Source: Methanobacteriota archaeon
GTDB lineage: Archaea > Methanobacteriota > Methanobacteria > Methanobacteriales > Methanobacteriaceae
Length of the DNA: 64,000 nt
Direction: 5' to 3'
Assembly: GCA_963787255.1 (NCBI GenBank)
Contig: CAWBCJ010000029.1
Location: 992,001 to 1,056,000 of the forward strand
Every line of letters starts with the position of its first letter. Position 1 is the stretch's first letter. The position numbers and the translations under genes were made by a program. The notes below the pieces were generated by a model. The model ran no database searches. It was given only the letters and a program-made list of their open reading frames with translations, and was not told where the DNA came from. Below are positions 37,742 through 49,531 of the stretch, one piece after another.

Positions 37742-38530
37742 TTAAAGAACTGCACCAATTAATAATGCAGGAATCACGTGTAAAACAATATCTGCTGAAA
37801 AATGTGCTATCATTGCTGATTCTAATCCTTTTTTCCAGTAAAGCCATCCGAATATAATTCCACCAACAGCATTTAAAACAATTATTCGTGTAATTAGTAG
37901 TGGCGTCGGTGTAGTTATGGCTAATACCGTTGGTAAATGGCCTATACCGAAAATAATTGCTGCTAAGATAATAGCTATCCACATGCCTGCGTTTGTTGGT
38001 TTTCCTTCTTCTGTTTTTTTGATTTTAAAGATTATCCATGCAATGAGTGTCATCAGGAATAATCTAAGTAATATTTCTTCGTTTATTCCGCCGTAAAAGG
38101 ATGCAAGAAAGCCCTGCCAGGCTGGAGGAATCAACTGACTTGTCGGTGCATTAATTACGCTACCAGCAAGGGAAAACAGGTAATCCAGACCTGTTATTAA
38201 AACACCTGCAATTAATCCAAGTCCAATGGATATAGGGAGTATGGATTTAAGATATTCTTTAACGGGTTTACCTTTAAGCCAACCTTCTAAAATAGGAAGT
38301 CCAAGTCCAACTCTTTTAGCGAGTTTCAGCCCAATAAATATGGCAACAGCAAATAAAATTGCATTTTGAATAACTGGAGCTAATATAATTAAATATAAAG
38401 GTACCTGTAAATTTTGAGGTAGGCCTCCTTGAAGGGTTAAACTGTATGGTAAAACTGCAAGTACTCCAAAAATGCTTGCAGCTAATAATATAATAAATAA
38501 TTTCCATTCAAGCTTCATTTTTTTCACCAT
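37742..38530 (-). CDS. CPBP/Abi (CAAX-like) intramembrane glutamic protease
   Basis: EE...R, FGIGH and H...D motifs in a multi-TM protein. Confidence 0.88.
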   Translation of the reverse strand: MVKKMKLEWKLFIILLAASIFGVLAVLPYSLTLQGGLPQNLQVPLYLIILAPVIQNAILFAVAIFIGLKLAKRVGLGLPILEGWLKGKPVKEYLKSILPISIGLGLIAGVLITGLDYLFSLAGSVINAPTSQLIPPAWQGFLASFYGGINEEILLRLFLMTLIAWIIFKIKKTEEGKPTNAGMWIAIILAAIIFGIGHLPTVLAITTPTPLLITRIIVLNAVGGIIFGWLYWKKGLESAMIAHFSADIVLHVIPALLIGAVL

Positions 38531-38696
38531 TTCATAAGTGAATTTGATTATAGATATATTTTTTTAATTAAATTATGTGATATCTTTAAAAATGTATATT
38601 ATTACTGAATCTGTATTGGGCGGTTAAAAAAGGTAGAATTTGAACTTTTTAATTTTTTTTGCAAAAATAATAAAAAATGATGAGAAAGAACGTACT

Positions 38697-38731
<35 letters not shown>

Positions 38732-38738
38732 ATGATTC

Positions 38739-39086
38739 ATGTTGAGGATAAATTCTGAATATTGCTGTGATTTATCTGAAGAACTGGAAGAATTATTCAA
38801 AGCACTTGGAAACATTAACCGGCTGCTTTTAATATACAGAATGACATCCGGTGAATTAGAACAGATCAGCGTTACACAAATGGCCAAGATGATGGGTTTA
38901 ACCCAACCAGCAGCATCGCAACATCTAAAGATATTGAAAACTGCTAGAATCCTCACAGCAGAAAAAAAAGGTAACTACATTTACTACACTTTTAATCAAA
39001 GTGCGATGATAAATCACAAAGAAAAAATTGATTTTTTATTCGGCTGCGTACTATCAAAATGCAATGGCCGAGAAAATAGAAAATAA
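38739..39086 (+). CDS. ArsR/SmtB family transcriptional regulator
   Basis: [30 protein letters not shown] winged HTH. Confidence 0.92.
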   Translation: MLRINSEYCCDLSEELEELFKALGNINRLLLIYRMTSGELEQISVTQMAKMMGLTQPAASQHLKILKTARILTAEKKGNYIYYTFNQSAMINHKEKIDFLFGCVLSKCNGRENRK

Positions 39087-39198
39087 AATTCATAAATCAA
39101 AAAAGGAAATAAGGTAAAAGCCGCCATTGGGCAAAAAGTCTATAAAAATACTATAAGATGTATTTTAAGGCATTAATCAATGTCCATGGAGTGATACC

Positions 39199-41577
39199 AT
39201 GAAAGAAATGAACGTTAATAAAGAATTATCCGTATTATTTATACCAAACACAGTCTTATTACATAAAGCAAACATGACTTTAAAGGTTGATAAAAAGACA
39301 GGTAGAAGAATCTACAACCGTATTGCCAGAGACGATTTCTACGGAATCGTAGCAGCAGTTCGCGAATTAAACGAAGAAGGATTATATATAGACGATGATT
39401 TCTACAATGTAGGGACATTAGTTAAAATCCGAAAAGCCAAAGAAATGAGAGATTTTTACCATATAAACGTGGATATCCAGGAAAGGGTGGAAATCGAAAA
39501 ATTTATCCCGGATGGTAGAGATTACAGGGCAACATACAATTTAATCCCAGATATCAAGGACCTAGACGAAGAAAACCAGAAAGAAATGCTTAAACAGATA
39601 AGATATTTGGTTTCAGAAATAAGTGAAAACTTCAAAGGTTCCAAAGCTTACGTAGAACACGTAAATAAATTAGATGACATAACAAAAGTCATTGCATATA
39701 TCTTTCCACATACAATGATGTCTCTTGAAGCAAAACAGGCATTTTTAGAAACCCGCTCATTAAAAGAAAAGAGCCTAAAATTCATGGACATCTTAATCGA
39801 CCAGAAAGAATCAATGAAGTTCCAGATGGAAATGGCCGCTAAATTAAATGAGGACATGAACAAAAAACACCGGGAAAACATGCTTAAAGAGCAGCTCAGA
39901 GCCATACAAGATGAACTGGACGATGCAGAAGTTGGCAGCGGCAAAAAAGATTACAGACAATTAATCGAAGAAGCTAACATGCCTGAAAATGTCAAAGAAG
40001 TTGCTATAGAAGAAGTTCAAAAACTGGAAAGACAGGGACCTCACAGTTCAGAAGAAAACGTCATCAGAAACTACCTTGATCTTTTAGTCAGCTTGCCATG
40101 GGGCGAAAGCGAAAGTAAGGACATTGACATAGAAGCAGCAAGAAAAATTCTCAATGAACAACACTATGGATTGGATAAAGTCAAAGACAGAATCATACAG
40201 CACCTAACAGTAATGAAACTCAAACAAAACAAACAGGGATCCATTCTACTACTCGTAGGCCCTCCAGGAACAGGAAAAACCAGCTTAGGAAGAAGTATAG
40301 CAGAAGCACTGCAACGTGAATACGTTAGAATCAGCCTTGGTGGAGTTAAAGACGAATCTGAAATCAGAGGACACAGAAGAACCTATCTCGGCGCTTTACC
40401 TGGAAGAATCATCCAAGGAATGAAACGTGCCGGAGAAAAAAATCCAGTATTTATCATGGACGAAGTGGACAAACTAATGGCATCCTACAGCGGAGACCCT
40501 GCAAGCGCACTCTTAGAGGTCTTAGACCCAGAACAAAACAACAGCTTCTCAGATCACTACTTAGAAGTGCCTTACGACCTATCTGATGTGTTCTTCATAG
40601 CAACAGCAAACTCCCTTAGAGGTATACCCGGACCGCTACGAGATCGTATGGAAATCATAGAAATTGGCAGTTACACCAGTAATGAAAAGTACCATATAGC
40701 CAAACAGCACTTGATTGACTTAGTACTTGAAGACCACGGTTTAAACGACAGCCAGCTTCAAATCGAAGACGAAGCACTAAAAACAATCATAGAAAAATAC
40801 ACCAGAGAAGCAGGAGTAAGAGGACTTAAACGCCAGCTATCTGCAGTAGCAAGGGTAGCATCAGAAAAAGTCGTGCTTGGAAAAGTTGAATTACCTTACA
40901 TTGTAAAAGCAGACATGCTCTATGATATATTAGGTCATGAAATCGCACAGATTCATCAAGCAGGTAAAAATAACCCTCCAGGGGTTGTAACAGGCTTAGC
41001 ATGGACACCAGTTGGTGGTGACATTCTGTTCATTGAAGGAGCATTCATGCCCGGAACAGGAAAATTAACCCTCACAGGTCAATTAGGTGATGTAATGAAA
41101 GAATCAGCCAAGATTTCACAGAGCCTGATTCGTTCAAGACTAGCCTTTAACTTAAAACAGGCAGAATTTGACAAAAAAGATTTACACATACACGTTCCAT
41201 CAGGAGCGATCCCAAAAGACGGACCATCAGCAGGAGTAGCTCTCTTAACTACCATTGCATCTCTTGTAACAGGCCACGAAGTGGATCCAAAACTGGCCAT
41301 GACCGGTGAAATCTCACTTAGAGGGGCAGTTTTACCAGTTGGAGGAATAAAAGAGAAAGTTCTTGCAGCACATCGCGCAGGAATAAAACGGGTTATCTTA
41401 CCAAAAGACAACGAAAAAGACATTGACGATATTCCAGAAGATGTTCAATCTGATTTAGAGTTCATCCTGGTTGAAACAGTTGAAGATGTCATAAAAGAAA
41501 CCATTGATATAGAATTACCTAAACCAATGATGCTCGATATGTCGGCTGGCCCTGTAAGAGGTGGAGCTGGAGCTTAA
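39199..41577 (+). CDS. lon: ATP-dependent protease La, bacterial-type LonA
   Basis: LON N domain, [24 protein letters not shown] (Ser), GGIKEK (Lys); no TM insert. Confidence 0.96.
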   Translation: MKEMNVNKELSVLFIPNTVLLHKANMTLKVDKKTGRRIYNRIARDDFYGIVAAVRELNEEGLYIDDDFYNVGTLVKIRKAKEMRDFYHINVDIQERVEIEKFIPDGRDYRATYNLIPDIKDLDEENQKEMLKQIRYLVSEISENFKGSKAYVEHVNKLDDITKVIAYIFPHTMMSLEAKQAFLETRSLKEKSLKFMDILIDQKESMKFQMEMAAKLNEDMNKKHRENMLKEQLRAIQDELDDAEVGSGKKDYRQLIEEANMPENVKEVAIEEVQKLERQGPHSSEENVIRNYLDLLVSLPWGESESKDIDIEAARKILNEQHYGLDKVKDRIIQHLTVMKLKQNKQGSILLLVGPPGTGKTSLGRSIAEALQREYVRISLGGVKDESEIRGHRRTYLGALPGRIIQGMKRAGEKNPVFIMDEVDKLMASYSGDPASALLEVLDPEQNNSFSDHYLEVPYDLSDVFFIATANSLRGIPGPLRDRMEIIEIGSYTSNEKYHIAKQHLIDLVLEDHGLNDSQLQIEDEALKTIIEKYTREAGVRGLKRQLSAVARVASEKVVLGKVELPYIVKADMLYDILGHEIAQIHQAGKNNPPGVVTGLAWTPVGGDILFIEGAFMPGTGKLTLTGQLGDVMKESAKISQSLIRSRLAFNLKQAEFDKKDLHIHVPSGAIPKDGPSAGVALLTTIASLVTGHEVDPKLAMTGEISLRGAVLPVGGIKEKVLAAHRAGIKRVILPKDNEKDIDDIPEDVQSDLEFILVETVEDVIKETIDIELPKPMMLDMSAGPVRGGAGA

Positions 41578-41607
41578 TCCAGCTAATATTTACCCAAAAC
41601 AATTGCC

Positions 41608-41653
41608 ACTCCCTCTAATTATTAGGTTAGGGGGAGTACCTCCTTTTTATTTT
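41608..41653 (+). terminator. Hairpin followed by T-tract downstream of lon
   Basis: ACTCCCTCTAAT...GTTAGGGGGAGT then TCCTTTTTATTTT. Confidence 0.5.
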
Positions 41654-41853
41654 AAAAACAACTTTTAATTTATAATAATTTATTTTAAACAAAATAATAT
41701 GATTTAATATTTTATAATAATTATTAAGCTTCTATCATTTACTATTTGTAATTTTAATTAAAAAAAATAAGTTAATTTGGTAAAAAGCTACTTAAATAAC
41801 TTTTCACCGTTTATTAATTGTTTATACATGATAAAAAATTAAAATTATACTAT

Positions 41854-42057
41854 TTATCCTTTGCTCCTCATTGAAGCTAGCCTACTTGTGATTATTGTTT
41901 TAGCAATTAAAAGATTATTATCCTTTTCTTCAGCACTTTCAATTTGTTGTTCTATTTCTTTTAACAGTTCCTTTAATTCTTCTGGTTTGGACCTACTTGC
42001 TTTTTTTAAGAGCTCTTCTGAATCTATTTTGTCTTCATTTGCTTTTCCGAATACCAT
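41854..42057 (-). CDS. Small hypothetical protein (helical)
   Basis: 67-aa ORF with ATG and natural charged composition. Confidence 0.6.
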   Translation of the reverse strand: MVFGKANEDKIDSEELLKKASRSKPEELKELLKEIEQQIESAEEKDNNLLIAKTIITSRLASMRSKG

Positions 42058-42506
42058 TGTTTTTCAACTCTAACTTTTAAATATCAGAAATTATATCTAT
42101 TGCTTTTTGACACTAAATAAAGCATTTCGATTTTTTAATACTTTTACTTGTAAATAATTGGTTTTAAGAAGTAATCTAGAACAGGATTTCTAAACTGGTA
42201 ATTATTAGAAGCCAATTCCATAATTGAGTATGTTTAAAGTTAGATATAAAAGTATCTTATCAGTTACTTTTACTTATAGAATTATTACTTGTTTAAAGGA
42301 TTTAAAATAAATTTTGCAACTTAATGAATGATTTTGGGATTATTTTTTTTTATTGAGGTAAAAAGAACCAAGGTTTCAGAAAATGTATAGCGCAAATTAA
42401 TATTTAAGCGAATAATTGTCAATAAAATTAAATCATTTACATTACTTTATATGCTTTAAAAATCAAGTTTAATTGCCTATTAGGCAAAAAAATGGAAGTG
42501 ATATTT

Positions 42507-42728
42507 TTGTTTAAAAATAGTTACAGTAATGATAGAGATAGTTCTTCTCCTATTAAAGAAGGTGGAGAATATGATGTTAAAATTGAAGATACAGGTAGAG
42601 ACGGAGACGGAATTGCCCGTATAGAAGGTTTTGTGGTTTTTGTTTCAGGCGCTAAAGTTGGGGATGAAGTTAAAATTAGAGTTAACTCAACTAGAAGAAA
42701 TTTTGCCTTTGCTGAAGTAATAGAATAA
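42507..42728 (+). CDS. Single TRAM-domain RNA-binding protein
   Basis: [31 protein letters not shown]; TTG start assumed. Confidence 0.93.
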   Translation: MFKNSYSNDRDSSSPIKEGGEYDVKIEDTGRDGDGIARIEGFVVFVSGAKVGDEVKIRVNSTRRNFAFAEVIE

Positions 42729-43281
42729 CATTTTTTTTAATTGATATGAAATATAACTAAGTTTATCTTATTATCTTTTTATTAAATTTAAGTTAATCAT
42801 TACTTATTTCATAGTTAAAAAAAAATATTTTTTTTCTTTTTATTATTTTTAAGACAATCTTTTTTTCATATTATATTTTGAAGCTATCCATAATATTTAA
42901 CTTCGTTATTGTGAACCATCTTTTTAGTTTTTTAAGATTAAATTTGAGTTTTTTTTTGCAAGTTTTTTAGGTAAATTTTTTTAAACTTCGTTTAATCTAG
43001 CTTTAACGAAGTAAACCAGCATAATTATAATACAATTACAATCAATTATGATAATTTTGGGTATTTACAAATAAAGTAACAATAAAACTGAAAATATCAT
43101 AAAACACAGTAATACTATTTAACAATATTTCTATTTTTCACTTTCTATGATGGTCTTGCACTTACAGTGTAAAAATACAAATCCCCTTGATAGTCTGTAA
43201 AATTTAAAACCCCCATAAATATATACATTAATAATGCTAAATTAATGTTATAGAGAATTAAACTATTATGGAGGTGAAGAA

Positions 43282-43440
43282 ATGGTAGAAACTCAACAAG
43301 CGAGTGGGGGGTCACTAGTGGGCCTTGGTATTATTTTCCTAATTATTTTCCTGTTATTCCCAGTTTTCGCTATTTGGTTATTGTGGATAGCAATAATAGT
43401 AATGATTGTTGCAGGCCTTGTAGCATTACTAACAGGATAA
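43282..43440 (+). CDS. Small membrane protein, 52 aa; not in ORF track
   Basis: GGAGGTGA RBS, ATG; MVETQQASGGSLVGLGIIFLIIFLLFPVFAIWLLWIAIIVMIVAGLVALLTG. Confidence 0.75.
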   Translation: MVETQQASGGSLVGLGIIFLIIFLLFPVFAIWLLWIAIIVMIVAGLVALLTG

Positions 43441-43892
43441 TTCCAGTTAGATAACCTGATACTCAAGAATAAAATTTTTAACATTCTTTCATTTTTTTTA
43501 AGGTTACAGACGAATAATGAAAATTCATAGAGATTTTTTTGTCAAATTATTTTTTAGATATTTGCTTTTTTGAAAAACTAGCATAAAACCACAGCTACAT
43601 ATAGACTGGCCATGCAATAAATGGTATTTACGGTAAACTTTGTATAATCTGCTTTTAGTTGTCATGAATAAATCATTATTGACTTATAACTTATAATATT
43701 AAAAGATATTGGATTGATTTTAAACAGGAAATATTGATTTCAATTATTAGAACAATAGAAGTAAGATTTTCATATTGAAAATTAATTAAAATAAATTTAC
43801 AATTTGTAAAACTTATCCAATAAAAGTTTAAAAAAAAATTTATTGTAATTTTCTAAAAAAAATATAGTTAAATGATTTCATGAATTTAATTT

Positions 43893-44168
43893 TTAATAAC
43901 GTATCTGGAAATCGTTGAATTCTCCCGTATAATCCATCCATTTTATATCTAAATCCCGTACTTTTGCCCTTGAAGGCCCAGTACCAGCAAAACTAATGAG
44001 TTTATCCACATCTGCTTTTTCACCTTCAAAAACAGCTTCAACCCTTCCATCAGCGAGATTACGGACCCAACCGTTTATATTGTGTTTTTCGGCTTCGTTT
44101 CTTGTTTTTCCACGGAAAAATACTCCCTGAACTCTTCCTGATATAATTACATGAGCTTTAACTTTCAA
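43893..44168 (-). CDS. acyP: Acylphosphatase
   Basis: SGRVQGVFFR, GWVRNL.DGRVE. Confidence 0.95.
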   Translation of the reverse strand: MKVKAHVIISGRVQGVFFRGKTRNEAEKHNINGWVRNLADGRVEAVFEGEKADVDKLISFAGTGPSRAKVRDLDIKWMDYTGEFNDFQIRY

Positions 44169-44472
44169 ATTTATCAACACCAATTTTGATATTATATTTG
44201 AATTTTGGTTCTAATTTATTTTAACATGTATGTTCTTCGAACAATTCGATTTTTTGGAATCATTACTGCTTGAACCGTATTGTACTGAGCTCACATTTGC
44301 TAGAAAATAAATTATTTTATATTACATCATCTTTAATCATTATTTATGATTGGCGAAGTAATTTTATTTGCCCAAAAATGTAATAGTAGATACAGACTGG
44401 AAGTAAAAAAATATTATATTCTAGTGAAAAATAGAGGATTTTAACCCATTAAAAATGATGGATGGTTATATC

Positions 44473-44881
44473 ATGGTAAAAATGCAATGTTCAAGCTGTG
44501 GGGCTCAAATAGAAGAAAATAAGAAGTTTTGTACTGAATGCGGTACTAAAGTAGAACCTATTACACAAACGGAAACTACAAAGGAAATAAATTGTCCTAA
44601 TTGTTCTACGCAATTACCTCCAAATACAAGTTTTTGTGCAGAATGTGGTACAAAGATTGAAACAACTCCAGAACCCGAGAAGGAAGTTGTCTGCCCTAAG
44701 TGTTCTAAAAAACTTCCAAGTAACACTAAGTTCTGTACAGATTGTGGAACTAACATTGAGCAATCTGTTTCAAGTCGAAAATCGCATAGTGATCCTGTTG
44801 ATGAAACTATTGAATCTATTAAAGATACGGGAAAGGATTCTTATGAAAGAGGCAGGTAGTTTATTTAAAAAGTTTAGATGA
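44473..44881 (+). CDS. Multiple zinc-ribbon protein (three double-zinc-ribbon units); possible frameshift near 44840 (stop 44859 as given)
   Basis: 3x CxxC...FCxxCG. Confidence 0.85.
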
Positions 44882-44919
44882 ATTCTATTTTTAATTATTT
44901 TTTAGGGGGATTGATTTAT

Positions 44920-45624
44920 ATGAACTTTAAAGAAGAAGCAGATGTTTTTAAAAAGACTTTTGGATTAAAATATGAGCCTTTGGCTATTTCTTTTACTAAT
45001 GATGAAATTTCAAGCGGCAGATATGAAAAAACATCAATTTGTAAGGCTTTAAAGCTTGCCGCAGAAGGAGAGAGCTTTGTAATTGATGAGGAAGTTTCTA
45101 TATGTCCTGGTGGTAGTCAATTCTGTGGTTTTAGCGAGCCTCATAGTGGAAAGCAAAAAAGAAGGTTACAGCAATTTCTTACTAAGGGTGAGAAGCTTAC
45201 AAGCTCTATTGTTAGTTTTGAAAGAATGAGAAAATTAGCAGTACCGCCAGCCACTGATTTAGCCGATAAAGTGGTAATATGTCCATTAGATAAGGCTGAA
45301 ATACGTCCAGATATGGTTTTATTTTTATGTAATGCTGAACAAGCTTGTCGTCTTATAACATTAGATACTTATTGGGATGGTATATCACCAAAGCAGCAAA
45401 TTATAGGTGCATTATGTTATTCAGCAATTGTATACACTATAATGAGTGGAAATACCAACATGACTGTGGGAGATTGGACTGCAAGAAGCCATCAAAATTT
45501 TGAATCAGATGTTATCTTCCTATCTGTACCCTATGAACGTATAAATAATTTGATAGCTGCTATACCGCTCTGTTCTGCAGGTGAAGCCGCAGCGCATATA
45601 CCCGAAGAATTCCAGTCAGACTAA
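44920..45624 (+). CDS. DUF169 family protein
   Basis: C.AL..A..G, CPGG...CG, PD.V....NAEQA..L motifs. Confidence 0.75.
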   Translation: MNFKEEADVFKKTFGLKYEPLAISFTNDEISSGRYEKTSICKALKLAAEGESFVIDEEVSICPGGSQFCGFSEPHSGKQKRRLQQFLTKGEKLTSSIVSFERMRKLAVPPATDLADKVVICPLDKAEIRPDMVLFLCNAEQACRLITLDTYWDGISPKQQIIGALCYSAIVYTIMSGNTNMTVGDWTARSHQNFESDVIFLSVPYERINNLIAAIPLCSAGEAAAHIPEEFQSD

Positions 45625-45779
45625 AAAAGATTTGTTTTTTTATATTTTTGTATTAGATGGTAATTCATCATAAAAGTTAAATATGGCTTTTGGGGGTCTT
45701 ATGAATAAATCCCATAAATCATATTTTTAGGATGTTCTAGTAATATTTAATAAAAAATAATTATAAAAATAGTAGTTAT

Positions 45780-46415
45780 ATGGTACTAAAACATCCTGAG
45801 AAATTAGAGCACTATGAAGGTTATTCTAAGGTACTACCGGAAATTTATAGGAAAATTCCAAAGGATGATATAACTTTAAAAGAATTTTTAAAACTAATGG
45901 GCGAACCAGGAAAGTTAATTTTATCCATGCTACTTGCAGCGCCTTTTTTAATACCAATATATATTCCTGGAACTGGAATAATTGCTGGATTAATCATTTT
46001 TACCATGAGTATTAGTATAATCTTTAATAAGGATTTAATTCCTAATCGTTTTATGAAAATCAAAATATCAAACGAAAACTTAATTAAAGCATTAAATATC
46101 ACGTCTCGTGTATTAAATTATCTGGAAAAGTTTGCAAAACCCCGTCTTTTAATAATGACTAAGGGAGCAATAACACCTAAACTAAATAAATTATTTTTCC
46201 TTATAAGCGCTATTTTATTTATATTTCCTTTACCTGTTCCCTTAACGAATACTTTACCTGCATCTGGAATCTTCTTTCTGGCTTCGGGAACTCTTGAACG
46301 TGACGGATATTTAATTTTAGCAGGCTATACTCTAGTTATCATAAACATAATCTATTTTGGTGCAGTTATTTTATTCGGCTGGAAACAATTATCTATAGCA
46401 ATATCATATTTTTAG
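45780..46415 (+). CDS. ExoD family membrane protein
   Basis: PF.IP..IPG, LEK..KPRL, PLPVPLTNTLPA, ERDG. Confidence 0.88.
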   Translation: MVLKHPEKLEHYEGYSKVLPEIYRKIPKDDITLKEFLKLMGEPGKLILSMLLAAPFLIPIYIPGTGIIAGLIIFTMSISIIFNKDLIPNRFMKIKISNENLIKALNITSRVLNYLEKFAKPRLLIMTKGAITPKLNKLFFLISAILFIFPLPVPLTNTLPASGIFFLASGTLERDGYLILAGYTLVIINIIYFGAVILFGWKQLSIAISYF

Positions 46416-46534
46416 TTCAAATATTATTTAGATAGAAAGAAAAGATAAAAGAATTTAATTATATTTTTTTAAGATTTAAACCAATTAAAATAAGCCTAAT
46501 TTTAAATAAAAAAAGTAGAGAATTCTCGCTTTTA

Positions 46535-46978
46535 TCAACTATAAATTATCATATAAACATATTGACTAATCTCTGGGTTACTCATTAAGATATTAGCAGC
46601 ATCTTGAATGTCCTTATCCTGTGCTAAAATGTTTATAGCATCCATAATTTCCGGTTTTTGTAATAAATCATGAATCTTGAATCTAACATTTTCATTACTT
46701 AGTATAGTTACAATTAATGCTTGAACATCAGCTTTTTCAACTATCTGAGGTATTGTTAGATTGCCTTCATTAAATTCTAACGCTAATTTAGTTACACTAT
46801 CATTTAATTCCGGATTATCAATTTTAAACTGTTTCGATGTGTTTTTTATTTCCTGGTAAACATTAGGGTCTATTTTTTGGATCTTTTCTTCAACATTTGG
46901 ATTATTTGATTCTGCTGCATATGCAGGAAATGCTCCAATAAATGTTGCTAAAAGAAATATGATTAATATTTTCTTCAT
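46535..46978 (-). CDS. Secreted hypothetical protein
   Basis: Signal peptide MKKILIIFLLATFIGAFPAYA; GGAGGG RBS. Confidence 0.75.
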   Translation of the reverse strand: MKKILIIFLLATFIGAFPAYAAESNNPNVEEKIQKIDPNVYQEIKNTSKQFKIDNPELNDSVTKLALEFNEGNLTIPQIVEKADVQALIVTILSNENVRFKIHDLLQKPEIMDAINILAQDKDIQDAANILMSNPEISQYVYMIIYS

Positions 46979-47266
46979 TTTTTACCCTCCTGTTTCTTCA
47001 CTAACATTATATTATAAGTAATATTATAAAAAAATATTCTATCCCTAAATGTTTATTTAACCATTTAAAATAACCTGATTAGTTTAATAAGCTTTTAAAA
47101 TTCTTATATGGGGGTGGTACTTGTGATATTTTTAGTTTATATAGGTGCTGTTCTTTTTAATCCTCAAAATTATCCGGCATTGCTTCAAAGTATTAATATA
47201 GCCTTCACCATTTCAGCGATACTGGATTTATAGCTATATTTGCCTCACTTGCCAGGAAATAATACT

Positions 47267-47467
47267 TTATGGCTCTATATCCTTAAATCGAACCTCGCAG
47301 GTCTCACCGCCCTGTCCCCAGTGTTCTTTGGGCACTTCATGTATAATGATGTGCACTGCGTCTGCAGGAATATCCATATCTACAAAGACTTTTGTTATGT
47401 TTTGTATTAAATATTCTATTTTTTCTTGAGGGATTCCTTTCCACATATTTACATGTATAACAGGCAT
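47267..47467 (-). CDS. 4-oxalocrotonate tautomerase family protein
   Basis: Pro2 catalytic N-terminus (MPVIHV), V.III.EV...WG.GG. Confidence 0.9.
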   Translation of the reverse strand: MPVIHVNMWKGIPQEKIEYLIQNITKVFVDMDIPADAVHIIIHEVPKEHWGQGGETCEVRFKDIEP

Positions 47468-47586
47468 ATTTTTTTACCTCCAAATAATTCAAAAAAGATT
47501 TTGATTAGACATTATGATAAAATAAGTATTATAAACTGTTATTAGTATTTAAAGGCATTTTTTTTGAAGGTTCAGGGTAAGTTTTT

Positions 47587-47976
47587 TTAATATTTCTCAA
47601 GTACCTCATCTGGCGTTATAACATCTTTCATCCATTTAAAATCTTTTAAATTATTTGTAACCAGTTTTGCATTTAGATTGATGGCTGTAGAGCCTATGGC
47701 ATATTCTCGAGTGTTTTCACTGGGATCCCAGTTCCTAAAACTGTTTTTAGCGGCTTTGATTGCTTCATTTTTTCCAAATGGAACAATAGTGATATTCATT
47801 TGATCTAAGAAAGCATCCACCATGGATTCAGTGTTTCCTTTTTTAAGATGGTGATAGAGGTATTCCATATAAACAATTGCAGGTATGTATTTTTCTTCTT
47901 TTTTTAAAAGGAGCCAGTTGCAGAATCTTTTACTGTTAAATACGTTGGTATCGAGAGCCAGTTTCAATTTAATCAC
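47587..47976 (-). CDS. vapC: PIN-domain toxin (VapC-like)
   Basis: LDTNVF, E, LVTNN..DF; overlaps the antitoxin stop; start may be TTG 47967. Confidence 0.85.
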   Translation of the reverse strand: MIKLKLALDTNVFNSKRFCNWLLLKKEEKYIPAIVYMEYLYHHLKKGNTESMVDAFLDQMNITIVPFGKNEAIKAAKNSFRNWDPSENTREYAIGSTAINLNAKLVTNNLKDFKWMKDVITPDEVLEKY

Positions 47977-48217
47977 TTAATCCTTTAATGGTTCCAGGTT
48001 TCAATTCCTTTTTAAAACCTTCTTGTGATTCTTTTATGGTTTCTTCGATATCTCCGGATGAGTCTATCATTTTGGAAGTCAATTCTCCTATGGTCATTAT
48101 TATCCAGTTTCCTTCCCTGTTTTTTACGAAAACCACTTTATCTCCTTGATGAATTGAGAGATCTTCTCTTACTTCTCGGGGAATGGTAACCTGATATTTT
48201 TTTGTAACATTTACCAT
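47969..48217 (-). CDS. vapB: AbrB/MazE-type antitoxin (VapB-like)
   Basis: VTKKYQVTIPREVREDLSI.QGDKV swapped-hairpin motif. Confidence 0.88.
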   Translation of the reverse strand: MVNVTKKYQVTIPREVREDLSIHQGDKVVFVKNREGNWIIMTIGELTSKMIDSSGDIEETIKESQEGFKKELKPGTIKGLSD

Positions 48218-48279
48218 AATTCTACTTATTAGTATGTAAGTAATACCTTATGTAATTTAGTAATAAGGAATTGAGATTG

Positions 48280-48363
48280 GTATTACTTATACTGGAAATG
48301 AATGTATGATTGTAAATTCTAAACTATATTTCAAAAAATAGTATTACTTATACTGGAAATGAA
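48280..48363. repeat. 23-bp perfect direct repeat (two copies) upstream of vapB
   Basis: GTATTACTTATACTGGAAATGAA at 48280-48302 and 48341-48363. Confidence 0.85.
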
Positions 48364-48556
48364 CGTGCAAGGTGCAGATAAGAGACACTCAAAAATGGTG
48401 GAATTGTTTAATAAGGTTTGAGTAAAAGCAAGTGAAAAAGTAATTAATTATTAAAATTATGTATGTGATTATCATCACAATAATTGCTTAAAAAAAATAT
48501 ATTGTAGTGAATTGATATTAATAATTGAATTTTTTTTAGTAAGGGGGTGTATTAGT

Positions 48557-49420
48557 TTGTCTTTTTTCCTGATTAAGGGAACATTTCATGTAAAAGGATA
48601 TAGTATTGACCCAGATTCTTGTAGGTTCAAAGCAAAAGATCCTAATAACTGGAAATTACTAACAGGACCAGAAGTTGAAAAACCTGAAAAACCTGTTCAG
48701 TTACGTCTTGAGGCTATTGATGGATTAGAAACTCATTATAGTGGACATCACCAACCATTAGAACTTGGCAGATTTGCAACTGATTTTTTAATATCTCAAC
48801 TGGGAATCAAGGATGTAGAATGGAATTCCAAACATTCTGAAGTTATAGAAGCTAATGATGGCACAGAAGGGTACATTTTAACTAGAGTGACTGACAGGTA
48901 TCATAGACCTGTAGCATTTGCATTTGCGGGCACTATAGGCGAGGATGATGGTAAAGAAATCTTTTTAGATACAGTTGAAATCAAAAAAAGCGTTAATTAC
49001 AAGTCAATCGCTGAAGGACATTCTTATCCTACGTATTATCATGGATTATTCTTTGACTTTAGGGAAGAATTTACAAAAGCTGTTAAAAAAGCTAGAAAAA
49101 ATAAAAAAGGTGTCTGGAAACTGGATAAAACTAATATGGGATTCCAGGTTAAAACATTAGAAGATATAACTGAAAATCATTTGATCATGCCCAAATTATT
49201 CAGACGCATTCTAGAACATATGGAACATGGAGGAAAAATAAATAATTTTACTGAATTCTTAAAGATTAAATGTGATTTCCTGGTTACTCTTCCAAATACA
49301 AACTTCACGCGCTTAGATGCCATCATTGAAATTAAGGATAATACTATAACTCTTAAAGAAAACCCAGAAGACTTAATATTCGTATCTACAGCCGAATTTA
49401 GATGCAAAAAACCAGTATAA
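48557..49420 (+). CDS. Thermonuclease (SNase-fold) family protein
   Basis: D.DS..F, LRLEAID.LETHY, D.Y.RPVAF, SVN....EG..YP, A....KGVW; TTG after GGGGGTG. Confidence 0.75.
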   Translation: MSFFLIKGTFHVKGYSIDPDSCRFKAKDPNNWKLLTGPEVEKPEKPVQLRLEAIDGLETHYSGHHQPLELGRFATDFLISQLGIKDVEWNSKHSEVIEANDGTEGYILTRVTDRYHRPVAFAFAGTIGEDDGKEIFLDTVEIKKSVNYKSIAEGHSYPTYYHGLFFDFREEFTKAVKKARKNKKGVWKLDKTNMGFQVKTLEDITENHLIMPKLFRRILEHMEHGGKINNFTEFLKIKCDFLVTLPNTNFTRLDAIIEIKDNTITLKENPEDLIFVSTAEFRCKKPV

Positions 49421-49531
49421 TCCATTATCTAATTTAATTCTCCGATATTAAGTGGATTTAAAGGCTAAAAAAGTGAAAAAATATTTTAAAAGCCCCTTTT
49501 TTGAAACTAAGGAGACTTTTAACAATTTAGT

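Noticed and set aside
43293-43484. Minus-strand 63-aa ORF
   Set aside because: Antisense shadow of the RBS-supported + strand microprotein 43282-43440
47150-47266. Possible gene remnant downstream of the tautomerase
   Set aside because: Only short interrupted frames; no recognisable motif
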